Of a DNA stretch of 64,000 nt, positions 46,199-55,300 are shown piece by piece. The notes under the pieces were generated by a model. It was not told the origin of the DNA. It worked only from the letters and a program-made list of their open reading frames with translations, and did no database searches. This DNA comes from Candidatus Micrarchaeota archaeon (GTDB lineage Archaea > Micrarchaeota > Micrarchaeia > Anstonellales > Bilamarchaeaceae). Both the position numbers and the translations under genes were made by a program. The stretch spans positions 4,775-68,774 of the forward strand of contig CAZKHX010000002.1 in assembly GCA_964552755.1 (NCBI GenBank), in the 5' to 3' direction. Within the stretch, counting starts at the first letter, position 1; every line of letters begins with the position of its first letter.

Positions 46199-47146
46199 TC
46201 ACACCTTCGATTCCAGAGATACGCCGGTCAGCTTCGGTTCTCCCGCAGCGCCCTTGCGCACGCCGAGCCTGAAGCGCACAAGTCTCTTCACCGGCCCCGG
46301 GACTGAGCCCCGTATCAGCACGTATTCGTTCTTCACGAACCCGTAGCGCGGGAATCCGCCCTTCGGGTTGACTTCGTCAATGTTGCCGCTTATCTTCATG
46401 ATGCGCTTGTTCAGCTCGGTGCGCTTGTGGTACCCGGTCTGGCCGGGCCTCGGTATCGTGTAGAAGATGTATCCGGGCTTGAACTGGCCCATGCACCCGA
46501 TGTGCCTCCTCTTGCCCGTTGCCTTGGGCCTCTGCAGGCCGGTGCCGAATCTTTTCACGGTCCCCTGCCAGCCCTTGCCCTTGGTAACCGAAATCACGTC
46601 AACGAACTCGCCGGGCCTGAACACTTCCGAAGCCCTGAGCTCCTTGCCGAGCATGCCCTTTGCGAATTCGATTTTTGCGGCCGCGTCCGCGCCGCCCACG
46701 CGGAGCTCCATCCTCTCTGCGTGCTTCTTGCCTATGCCGGTCTTCTCCGGCTGGGCATAAACGAGCAGCGCGACTTCCTCGCACCCGTCCGCCTTCGCCT
46801 CCTTGGCGGTTTTCTTCTTGCGGACGCCAATCCTCTTGAGCACGTCCTCCTTTTCTATGAGCACTTCGCCGCTGCACTTCCTCCCCGAGTACGTCCTTAT
46901 CCCGTAAACCATGAGGGGCGGCACTTCTATCACTGTCACCGCGGTGGAAATCTCCTGCCCCTTCGCAGGGCCCTCGATGTCCTCCACGTAGTGGATGTGC
47001 GTCATCCCCGCCTTGTAACCTGCGAGGCCGAGCACCCTTCCTTCACCTGAGGGCGCCCAGTAATTGATGGTGGGCATCTGCTTCCGTGCCCGCTTCCTTG
47101 GCCTGTATGCTAGAGAACCCTTTCTGGGTTTCAGTATGTCCGTCAT
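46199..47146 (-). CDS. rpl3: 50S ribosomal protein L3 (uL3)
   Basis: MTDILKPRKGSLAYRPRKRA...WQGTVKRFG. ATG 47146 lies 5 nt after AGGTG. ORF-track GTG 47173 lacks an SD. Confidence 0.9.
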   Translation of the reverse strand: MTDILKPRKGSLAYRPRKRARKQMPTINYWAPSGEGRVLGLAGYKAGMTHIHYVEDIEGPAKGQEISTAVTVIEVPPLMVYGIRTYSGRKCSGEVLIEKEDVLKRIGVRKKKTAKEAKADGCEEVALLVYAQPEKTGIGKKHAERMELRVGGADAAAKIEFAKGMLGKELRASEVFRPGEFVDVISVTKGKGWQGTVKRFGTGLQRPKATGKRRHIGCMGQFKPGYIFYTIPRPGQTGYHKRTELNKRIMKISGNIDEVNPKGGFPRYGFVKNEYVLIRGSVPGPVKRLVRFRLGVRKGAAGEPKLTGVSLESKV

Positions 47147-47286
47147 GTAGACACCTATTGTGTTGCCCTCCACCGCGGAGGGGCACTTTTTTCACGCCTT
47201 CCTCTCGGAAAGCATAACACTTTTCCCACGTTGCACGCCAGCCCAAAGGGCGCGCGCAGTGTGTGGCGTGGCAAAAAGGTAAAGCT

Positions 47287-47312
47287 TATTTTATGGAGGA
47301 AGGGTTTAAATA
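47287..47312 (-). promoter_or_regulatory. Two tandem TATA-like boxes upstream of the ribosomal superoperon
   Basis: Minus strand ataaaata (47287-47294) and tatttaaa (47305-47312). They imply a leader of about 120-135 nt before the rpl3 ATG. Confidence 0.35.
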
Positions 47313-47318
47313 GCTTCC

Positions 47319-47378
47319 TCAGTCGCTCCGTTGAGCTCCAACTCGCCAGCAAAGTTGGCGATCAAGTGCCCGAACGCG
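47319..47378. repeat. Family-A repeat, copy A4 (noncoding)
   Basis: Core TCAGTCGCTCC at 47319-47329, CCAAC, hairpin CGCCAGC-aaa-GTTGGCG (47344-47360), AGTGCCC at 47365-47371. Immediately 3' of the 47384-48397 gene. Confidence 0.55.
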
Positions 47379-47383
47379 AAAGG

Positions 47384-48397
47384 TCATGCCGCAGCAGCCA
47401 TTGCGCCCCTTATGCTCTCCTGCGAGCCGAGCATCTCCTGCAGCTTCGGATTCTTCTTCCCCGCTTCCTTCTCAAGCGCGGCAGTGAGCTTCTCCAGCGT
47501 CCTGAGCCGCCATTCCCTCGGAACGGAAGAAAGGTATTCTCCTATTTCCCCCAGACTGCAGGTGATGATGCAGCAGTGCTCTCCCGCCTTGGAGGCGCAC
47601 CCGGCAAGCGTTTCGAGCGCGGGAAGGCGGTCCTCCTCCCTCATGCGCTCAAGCACCATGGGCAGGCCCTTCCCAAGCCCGTTGAGCACGAAATCAATGA
47701 GGTATTCCTTGCGGCCCTTCAGGCCCCTGAGCATCTCCTCCACCTGCTTCCCGCCATAGTAATATGTGTTAATCATGTACGGGTCGTAGAAGATTGAGCG
47801 GTCGCGCGCAGCGCTTACGTAAAGCACGTCCATGCCCTGCCCGAGCTCCTTCTCGGTTACCTTGTTCACCACTTCCATGAACATGCCGGCCTTCAGCTCC
47901 ATGTGCTCCTTGTCCAGCACGAGCTCCTTCAGCAGGCGGGAAAACGAGTATTCGCCCTTCTGGCGCATCTTTTCCCATACGCGGCCCGCATCCTTTTTCG
48001 CATAGGGCGGCAGGGCCTTCATGAATGACTTCACCTTCGGCTCTTCCCTCTTTATTATGTCAATCGGGCCCTCGCTCTGCGCCGCACCCATTGCGCGCAC
48101 CGGCCGCCTCCTCTGCGGTGGAAGCTTCGCATGCCTCACGTCCCTGGCCTCTGTGTGCTCTGCGGCCGCTGAAACAACAAGGGAGTCAATCTTCTCCTTG
48201 AGCTCGCGCTCCCCTTTCCTGCGGGCGTTCAGCTTTTCAGACGCGTCAGCCAGCGTGAGCAGCGTTGCGGTGCGCGAAAAGGAGAAATCATGCACGTGCA
48301 CGAGCTCCGCGAGTATCTCGTCCACTTCTGCCGCGTGCTCTGCCTCAAGCGCGCTCAGCTTCACCCTCTTCAGGTCCGCGGCCGGGATTCCCTTCAT
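47384..48397 (-). CDS. Hypothetical protein (337 aa), no recognisable family
   Basis: ORF-track entry. Leaderless ATG 27.5 nt from a TATA box. Coding-like composition. No motifs recognised. Confidence 0.55.
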   Translation of the reverse strand: MKGIPAADLKRVKLSALEAEHAAEVDEILAELVHVHDFSFSRTATLLTLADASEKLNARRKGERELKEKIDSLVVSAAAEHTEARDVRHAKLPPQRRRPVRAMGAAQSEGPIDIIKREEPKVKSFMKALPPYAKKDAGRVWEKMRQKGEYSFSRLLKELVLDKEHMELKAGMFMEVVNKVTEKELGQGMDVLYVSAARDRSIFYDPYMINTYYYGGKQVEEMLRGLKGRKEYLIDFVLNGLGKGLPMVLERMREEDRLPALETLAGCASKAGEHCCIITCSLGEIGEYLSSVPREWRLRTLEKLTAALEKEAGKKNPKLQEMLGSQESIRGAMAAAA

Positions 48398-48420
48398 GGT
48401 TAAACAGGTGTTGCATCCGT

Positions 48421-48428
48421 TTTATAAA
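48421..48428 (-). promoter_or_regulatory. TATA-like box (tttataaa) for the 47384-48397 gene
   Basis: Box centre 27.5 nt from ATG 48397. A second box aataaata at 48448-48455 faces the plus-strand gene. Confidence 0.4.
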
Positions 48429-48485
48429 AACGCTGTCCGCCGGAAACAATAAATATCATCTAGGCGCCATTCTATTGGTGCATCC

Positions 48486-49490
48486 ATGGTAGGTCCGGTA
48501 ACGAAAGCAAAGCCAACGTCCGCAACCATTGCAAAGGAAGCCGCGGGGATAGCCGCGAAGCTCAACATAGTGAATGGGGAGGTGAAGAATGCGGGCGCAG
48601 TCGGAGAGGAGGCATTCAAGTTCCTGCAGAAATACCCGAAGAACGCAAAGGAAGCTTCGGACACGCTCGCAAAGGAGCTCATCAAGGGGATGCAGGAAGG
48701 CGGCGTGAAATCCATAAGCGGTGCCATGCAGTCGCTCATGGCCACACCTGTCTTCAAGAACCTGAACCTAATGCGCGAGGCGGTGCTGGCGCAGCTGCTG
48801 GATGATTTCAAGGACATAGAGGGGAAATGGAAAGAGGGCAAATACGGAGTATTCCCGAATTCCATGAGCAAGTCCGAAATACAGAATGAGGCAAAGAAGT
48901 TTGCCAAGGACGTCGAGCTGCTGAGCGAAGCCGAAAAGAAGGCATACACAAACAGGGTGAATGGGGTTTTTGTGGAGGCAGGGGAGCTCCTGAAGCAGGG
49001 GAAGACCATGCCGGATGTGCTCAAGTACATAAGCGTGAAAATCGCAGAGATACGCAGTGAGATGAAGGGCCTCCTGCTGGAAAGGACGCTCAAAACCCTG
49101 GAGGGGTTCGCAAAAAAGAGCAAACTGCTGGAAACGGCCTTCAAGGCATCGCTGGAAGGTGTTGGCGCCCATAAGCTCCCAGAGCCCTCATTCGGAGAAC
49201 TTCCAAAGTTCGTGGAAGAGCTTTCAAAATACAAGGTGCCCAAAAAGGCCGCCCCCCCGGTTATGCCCACCGCACTTGCAACGAAGGAAGCAATGTCCTA
49301 TTCGCCCAAGCACTGGGGCGAACAGCGGGTGATTATCAAGGGGACGGAGGCCAAGGCGCTCCAAGCGCAAGTGGCAGAGGCCAAGAACCTTAAGGAACTC
49401 GAAAAGTTGGGGAAGGCCGGGCTGCTGGTGGCAGGGATGCTGGCACTCGCCGCGCTTGGCTACATCGCATACGAAGCCACCAAAGAATAG
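48486..49490 (+). CDS. Hypothetical alpha-helical, tail-anchored membrane protein (334 aa)
   Basis: K/E/A-rich helical sequence with a single C-terminal TM AGLLVAGMLALAALGYIAY followed by EATKE*. Confidence 0.55.
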   Translation: MVGPVTKAKPTSATIAKEAAGIAAKLNIVNGEVKNAGAVGEEAFKFLQKYPKNAKEASDTLAKELIKGMQEGGVKSISGAMQSLMATPVFKNLNLMREAVLAQLLDDFKDIEGKWKEGKYGVFPNSMSKSEIQNEAKKFAKDVELLSEAEKKAYTNRVNGVFVEAGELLKQGKTMPDVLKYISVKIAEIRSEMKGLLLERTLKTLEGFAKKSKLLETAFKASLEGVGAHKLPEPSFGELPKFVEELSKYKVPKKAAPPVMPTALATKEAMSYSPKHWGEQRVIIKGTEAKALQAQVAEAKNLKELEKLGKAGLLVAGMLALAALGYIAYEATKE

Positions 49491-49503
49491 CGCGCTTCTA
49501 AAC

Positions 49504-49511
49504 ATTTATAA
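49504..49511 (+). promoter_or_regulatory. TATA-like box (atttataa) for the beta-helix protein gene
   Basis: Box centre 28 nt upstream of the in-frame GTG 49536. Confidence 0.35.
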
Positions 49512-49535
49512 TCCTACCCAGCAATACTCCTCCGG

Positions 49536-51095
49536 GTGGGCAATGTGCGCTCTATGGTATTGCTATTGTTATTGGGAAGCATCGCGTTCTCCACGACCTA
49601 CATAGATACGTGCGGGCATGTGCTGGACGAAGCGGGGAAATACGTAATTGACGACGACCTGAACATGTACACTTCTGAAAGCAAGTGCATCCGGGTGAGC
49701 GCCAACAACGTGGAAATAGATTGCGGCGGCCATTCTTTCCAGGGCGGCTCTAAGGGCACCGGCATATATGTGGAGCCCGGGATGCGCAACACGGTGATAA
49801 GCAACTGCGATTTCGGCTACCTGCAGTACGGCATCCAGACCGGCGGCACGGACGGGGAGATATCCAGCTGCAATTTCGACGCGAACCAGGTGGGCGTTTA
49901 TGCGATGGAAGCGGCCCGCCTCACAGTCACGGACTGCGGGTTCACCAACAACCGCGTGGGCGTGAGCATAGCCGATTCCTATGCAGTGGACGTGCACGAC
50001 TCCAGCTTTTCCCTCAACAAGGACTATGGGGTGGAGTCGAAAAGCTCTTCGGAATCCGTGATTTCGCACAATTCCTTTGACAAGAGCGCAACCGCAATCT
50101 ACCTTGACGGGCTTTCGCAGGACAGCACGGTCACCTACAATACAGTGGCCAATTCCGCGGACGGCATTTCAATAAGGGGCGGCGGCTCCACATTTGCCGG
50201 AAATACCTTCAGCGGGAACAGCGGCTATGCATTCCTGGTCGCAAGGGGCATGAACACCTTCACCGGCAATATGATATACGGGCAGCCCAACTACATAAGC
50301 ATACAGAGCGTGCCGGTCACTTTCGTGAACCTCTCAATCGGCGAGCCGGGCAAGGCGGGCTCGGTAAGGTTCGATTCCTTCAAGTTCACCAAGCCCACCA
50401 CCTCCGCGGCGTGGTACAATTTCAATTCCGAGAACATGCTCTTCTTCCCGGAGTTCGTCGCATTCAACGCGGTGGGCACCCCGAATGCGGAAACCGGGCC
50501 GGCAACCTTCTGGCTCAGCACCACCGCATGCGATGGCATTTCCGTTTACACGAAGGCAGGGTTCCCGCGCTCTTCCGGCGAAATCGTTTCCACCGGCCAC
50601 GCGGACTCTGATGCGGAAATATCCTCCTGCGGGGACGGGGTTGCGGAGATAGCCGTGAACTATTTCTCTGCGTATGCGCTCGGCGCATCCCCGGAAGCCG
50701 AGCCGGAGCCTGAGCCCGAGCCGGAAGAAAGCACAGTTACCTCAATCAGCATAAGCGCTCCCTCCACCGTCTACACGGACGAGGTGCCCATACTCGAGGT
50801 AATTGACCAGGGCGGCAGCCCGGTGAAGGATGCCTCTATATACTATTATACGGACCCCTCCGATGTCATCTCCCTTGGCGAGACCAGCTCGCAGGGCCGC
50901 CTGCCCTTCAACATAAAGGAGGAGGGCTCCTACGTGCTGAGGGCGGAATACGAAGGCCTCACCACCGACCGCGCAATCAGCGTGCAGGAGAGGCCTCCGG
51001 CGGAGGAGCCGGAACCCGGGGAGCCCCAGCCCATCTGCCCGGCAGCTTTCGCATTTGCGCTCCTTGCCTTTGCGGGGCTCGCCCTCAGGCGCTAG
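49536..51095 (+). CDS. Secreted right-handed parallel beta-helix (PbH1/NosD-like) protein with C-terminal sorting-signal-like tail
   Basis: Signal-like MGNVRSMVLLLLLGSIAFS. Cap motif CIRVSANNVEIDCGGHSFQG, then repeats of the type ISNCDF.../ISSCNF.../VTDCGF... C-terminal PPAEEPEPGEPQP + ICPAAFAFALLAFAGLAL + RR. Confidence 0.7.
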   Translation: MGNVRSMVLLLLLGSIAFSTTYIDTCGHVLDEAGKYVIDDDLNMYTSESKCIRVSANNVEIDCGGHSFQGGSKGTGIYVEPGMRNTVISNCDFGYLQYGIQTGGTDGEISSCNFDANQVGVYAMEAARLTVTDCGFTNNRVGVSIADSYAVDVHDSSFSLNKDYGVESKSSSESVISHNSFDKSATAIYLDGLSQDSTVTYNTVANSADGISIRGGGSTFAGNTFSGNSGYAFLVARGMNTFTGNMIYGQPNYISIQSVPVTFVNLSIGEPGKAGSVRFDSFKFTKPTTSAAWYNFNSENMLFFPEFVAFNAVGTPNAETGPATFWLSTTACDGISVYTKAGFPRSSGEIVSTGHADSDAEISSCGDGVAEIAVNYFSAYALGASPEAEPEPEPEPEESTVTSISISAPSTVYTDEVPILEVIDQGGSPVKDASIYYYTDPSDVISLGETSSQGRLPFNIKEEGSYVLRAEYEGLTTDRAISVQERPPAEEPEPGEPQPICPAAFAFALLAFAGLALRR

Positions 51096-51245
51096 CTGCT
51101 CTCCGCGGGCTTTGTGCCCTTCGGCCGCCAGCAGCATCCGCCCCGTGCGTTGCCCCACCCGGGGTTTCGCGCCATCTGCCCGCGCCTGCCCCATTCGGCA
51201 CAGGTGGCTTTGCCGGGGGCCCGCGCTCTGCCGCCAAGCGTTAGC

Positions 51246-51253
51246 ATTTAAAA
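51246..51253 (+). promoter_or_regulatory. TATA-like box (atttaaaa) for purP paralog 2
   Basis: Box centre 26.5 nt upstream of ATG 51276. Confidence 0.4.
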
Positions 51254-51275
51254 GGGCGGGATGCTATTATTAGCA

Positions 51276-52313
51276 ATGGTATCAAGGGAAAAAATATCCG
51301 AAATCGTCTCTTCCTACGGCTCATTCAAGATAGCGACTATTTGCTCGCATTCCGCACTGCAGATTTTCCATGGAGCAAAGCTGGAAAAGGTGCCCACAAT
51401 CGGCATCTGCACCGAGGAGAGGAAGGAGTTCTACGAGGCCTTCCCGGCGGCGAAGCCAGACGAGTTCATAATAGTGGACGACTATTCCGAAATCCCGGTG
51501 CAGGAGCTCGTGGAAAAGGAAGCAATCATCGTCCCGCACGGCACCTTCGTGGAGTACGCCGGGAAGAAGATGGACGATGTAGGTGTGCCCATTTTCGGCA
51601 ACCGCGGCTCGCTGAAGTTCGAGCGCGACAGGGAGCGCATGTTCGAATGGATGCACAAGGCAGGGCTCCGCACCCCCCGCATCCTCAAGCCCGAAGAGAT
51701 AGACGGCCCGGCAATAGTGAAGTTCCCGGGCGCAAAGGGCGGCAGGGGCTACCCCGTAGTGAACTCCTACGAAGAATACAAGGAGAAGATAGGCGACAGG
51801 AAGGACGTCATGATACAGGAATTTCTCATAGGCGTGCGCGCCTACCCGCACTTTTTCCATTCCTCGTTCGGCGAGGCAGGGTACAGGACCTCCTATGGGA
51901 AGGTTGAGCTGCTGGGCACCGACCGCAGATTGGAAACCAATGCGGACGAGATTGCGCGCCAGCTCTCGGTGGGCGCAAAAGTCGACATCTCCTTCCACGT
52001 GATGGGCAACGAGCCCATGGTGCTGCGCGAGTCATTGCTCCCCAAGCTCATGGAGATGGGCAGGGACGTGTGCAACTCCTCACAGGGCCTTTTCGGGGGG
52101 ATACACGGGCCGTTCTGCGTGGAGACGATAATCACCGAAGACCTCGACGTTTATGCTTTCGAGATTTCCGCGCGCATCGTGGCAGGCACGAACCTGCTGC
52201 TTTCTCCCTATGAATTGTTCTCTTATGGGGAGCGGGTGAGCACCGGCCAGAGGATTGCGCGCGAGCTCAAGGATGCTTTTGCAAAGAAGAAGCTGCCGGA
52301 GATAGTCTACTGA
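51276..52313 (+). CDS. purP: FAICAR synthetase PurP, paralog 2
   Basis: KIATICSHSALQIFHGAKLEKVPTIGIC. ATP-grasp layout parallel to 21321-22403. Leaderless ATG 51276 preferred over ORF-track 51261. Confidence 0.85.
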   Translation: MVSREKISEIVSSYGSFKIATICSHSALQIFHGAKLEKVPTIGICTEERKEFYEAFPAAKPDEFIIVDDYSEIPVQELVEKEAIIVPHGTFVEYAGKKMDDVGVPIFGNRGSLKFERDRERMFEWMHKAGLRTPRILKPEEIDGPAIVKFPGAKGGRGYPVVNSYEEYKEKIGDRKDVMIQEFLIGVRAYPHFFHSSFGEAGYRTSYGKVELLGTDRRLETNADEIARQLSVGAKVDISFHVMGNEPMVLRESLLPKLMEMGRDVCNSSQGLFGGIHGPFCVETIITEDLDVYAFEISARIVAGTNLLLSPYELFSYGERVSTGQRIARELKDAFAKKKLPEIVY

Positions 52314-52388
52314 TTACTGCTGGGCAGACTCCCGGTGGGAAAACTCCAGAGCATGAAGCCCTAATCCAGCTCTACCCAGCCAGCGCAC

Positions 52389-55300
52389 CTAATCCAATTC
52401 CACCCAGAACTCCACCACTCCGCTCACGCCTTTGTAGGTGCTCAGGTTCGCGGGCACCCTTATCTCGTAATCATAGGGTGCACTAGTGTTCACCGCGGTA
52501 ATGAAGGCAACGTCCTGGTTTGCAGTTGTATTGAACTGCGGCCAGCCCTGCGAGGCGTCCCATGTTATGCCGGTGTCGAAGGTGCTGTTCTGCGTCGTGG
52601 AATTCGCCTCGGGAACCCACGGGACGAAGTGCCTGAACAGGGTCATGTTTTCCGTGCGCTTCGGCGTGCTTCCATCGGTAGAGTAGGTAATGTTTATGTT
52701 GTCCGGCTCCGCGCTGTAGCCCAGCAAAGTATCAAGCTCAACAAAGTCATTGTTCGAAGGAGCCCCTGCATCGGTGCGGCCCAGCGCGGTGAGGTTTATC
52801 CACTGCACGTTCGCGTCGCCGTTTATCACGTACACGTTGCCTTCATTGCCGTTCCACAGCCATGAATAAAAGATGTCCACGCTATTGGGCGCAAGGAGCA
52901 GCGAGCCGTTTACGTCCCCGTAGAAGTAATGCCATATCTCGGTGCAGCGATAGGTGCACCCCCCGTGGCCGCTTTCGCTCCAGGAGCTCCAGGAGTCGCA
53001 GGAGTCCTGCGCGCCCGCGTTGGAGGGCCCGAGGTTGTCCACGTCGAAGCCGTTGAAGCACACCTGGTTGGAATACAGGCCTGCCCCGCCGCTGTCCGCG
53101 CTGAACCGGATTCCGCCGATTGTATTGTTGGTGATGTTGGAGAACACAAAGATGCTGTCGTCCGAATCCGAAAGGTAGAGGCCATGGTCGCTGTTGCCGG
53201 ACACCCTTGAGAGATTGAGCGTGGTGTTTTGCGCGTCGTCAAACTGCACGCCGTGGCCGTCGTTTCCGCACATGTCCGAATCGTTTATGTAGATGTATTC
53301 CGTGTGGTGCAGCCGTATCCCGTACTGGTGGTTGTAGCAGAACGTGGAGCCGGTTATGTTGACCCTGTCGGAATTCACGATGTGCAGGCCGTGGCCATTG
53401 TTGCCGCTTGCATTGATATTCTCGAACACTGCATCATGGCAGTTGTTCAGGTTGACGCCGTTCCCGTTGTTGTTCTTGAAATTGGAGGGGTCTATGAACA
53501 GATTTGAAGAGTAATCTCCCGTAAATCCGTCCACGGAGTTGTTATATGCACTCACGTTGATGAAATCGTTGTCCGGAGAATTATCTATGTAGAAACCCGA
53601 CTGGCTGTTGTTATGCGAGAAGCTGTCCATTATGGTATTGTTGTAGGAATTCGAAAGGTAAACTCCCGAATCGGAATTGTTGTATGCGAGCAATCCGGAT
53701 ATGTTGTTGTAATCCGAATTATCCAGGTGCAGGCCGTCTATGGAATTGTTGTGGGCCAGGTCGCCCCCCATCGAATTATTGTCTGAATAAATGAGGTATA
53801 TCCCGAAATAGGAGTTGTTGTATGCGCTGTTGTTCCCCAGCGCATTCCCAGAGCTCGTGTTTATGAAGAAGCCGGGCGCGGGGTTGTCCCGGGCGGAGTT
53901 GCCCCAGAGGATGTTGTAGTCGCTCAGCACCAATACGAATCCGGGCGAGGCCGGGCTGCCGTATTCCGTGTTGGCCGTGAGATTGTTGAAATCGCTGGCT
54001 GCGAGCGTGAACCCTGGCGAGCTGGTGTTGTGCGCAGTGTTGAGGGCGAGGGTGTTGTTGTGGCTCGAGTCCACGTAGAACCCGTTTTGCACGTTGTATG
54101 CGCTGTTGTTCGTAAGGTTGTTCCAGTTCGATTTCGAGAACAGGGCGAAGCCGTCCTGGGAGCAGTTGAATGCGATATTGTTGGCAAGCGCGTTGTGCGT
54201 CGCATTCGCGCCGAGCCGGAATCCATAGTTGTTGCGGTATGCCGTGTTGTCCTCCAGCACGTTGCCGTGCGAGTCCTGCAGTAAGAAGCCGTTCAGCGAA
54301 TTGTTGTATGCCTGGTTCCCTGTGAAGCGGTTGCCGCTTGCGTTGGCCTGCAGGAAGAAGCCGAAGAGGGAATTGTTGTAGGCCCCATTCCCGGTGAAGT
54401 TGTTGAGCGCGCAATCCTCGCCTATCTGGAGGCCCGCCGCCCCGTTGCCGTGCAAGCTGTTGTTGGTGAGGGAATTGCCGCTGGAGCGGTTGAACAGGTA
54501 GATGCCGCTGCCCGTGTTCCCGGATACGGAATTGTTTGTGATCATGTTGCCCGAGCTCAGCTCGAAATAGCAGCCGAAGTAGCTGCCGGAAATACTGTTG
54601 TTCCTGAGCGTAGTGCCGTTGCTCGAGCTGGAGTAGAAGCCCACGGTCGGATTGCCGTACGCAACGTTGTCGGCGAAAGTGTTGCTGGCGCTTCCCTCGG
54701 TTACGGCGAAGCCGAACTGGTTTCCGGACACCCTATTGCCGCCCAAGTAGTTGCCGCTGCTGCCCTGCACTACGATGAAGCCGAACTGGGCATTGCCGCT
54801 GGCGGTGTTATTGGTGAAGTTGTTGCCGTGGCCCTGCGCGATGCCGAAGCCCATGGAGTTATTCCTGGCAGTATTGTTGTAGAGCATGCTTCCGTTGCTG
54901 GCGAACACTCCGATGCCGAGGGTGTAGTTGGAAATGCCCGGGCAGTTCCTCACCGTCACGTTCGTGAGCGAGCCATTGAGCAGGACGCCCGCCGAGCCAA
55001 CGCTTGCGGTTCCGTTATCGGTTATGTTGTATCCGTTGCAGTCGAAAACAACGTTTGATACAGTGATTTTCACGCACGTGTAGTTCACCGGGTCCGGCGA
55101 GAGGGGCGCCGCGTCATTGGGCGCGCCCACGTAATTCTGCGGCTGCAGGTATGTGCCGGGCGAGGATATCACCGGGCAGTTGTCCAATCCGCCCTGCAGT
55201 ATCCCGTAATCGGACGCAGGATTCATATTCGTAAGGGACAATTCATTTGCGGCTATGTTCGGAGTGCTGTTCAGCATCGCCCAGCTTCCATTCCATCTCC

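Larger units (their letters stand above)
46093..46212. repeat. 96-nt periodic duplication: 24-nt direct repeats of the rpl3-stop/rpl4-start junction flanking a 72-nt insert
   Basis: CGTCCAT-nnn-TCACACCTTCGATT at 46093-46116 and 46189-46212 (21 of 24 identical). The interior is unrelated to either gene. Confidence 0.75.

Noticed and set aside
48422-49270. 282-aa minus-strand ORF opposite the 48486-49490 gene.
   Set aside because: The product is Ser/Phe/Ala-rich low complexity. The plus-strand frame has a promoter, a sensible start and a terminal TM helix, so the minus-strand frame is taken as the shadow.
51055-51273. 72-aa Cys/Arg/Pro-rich ORF across the GC-rich spacer.
   Set aside because: It overlaps the end of the PbH1 gene and the purP2 TATA box and start. 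Its composition is typical of out-of-frame GC-rich sequence, and it has no SD or promoter.
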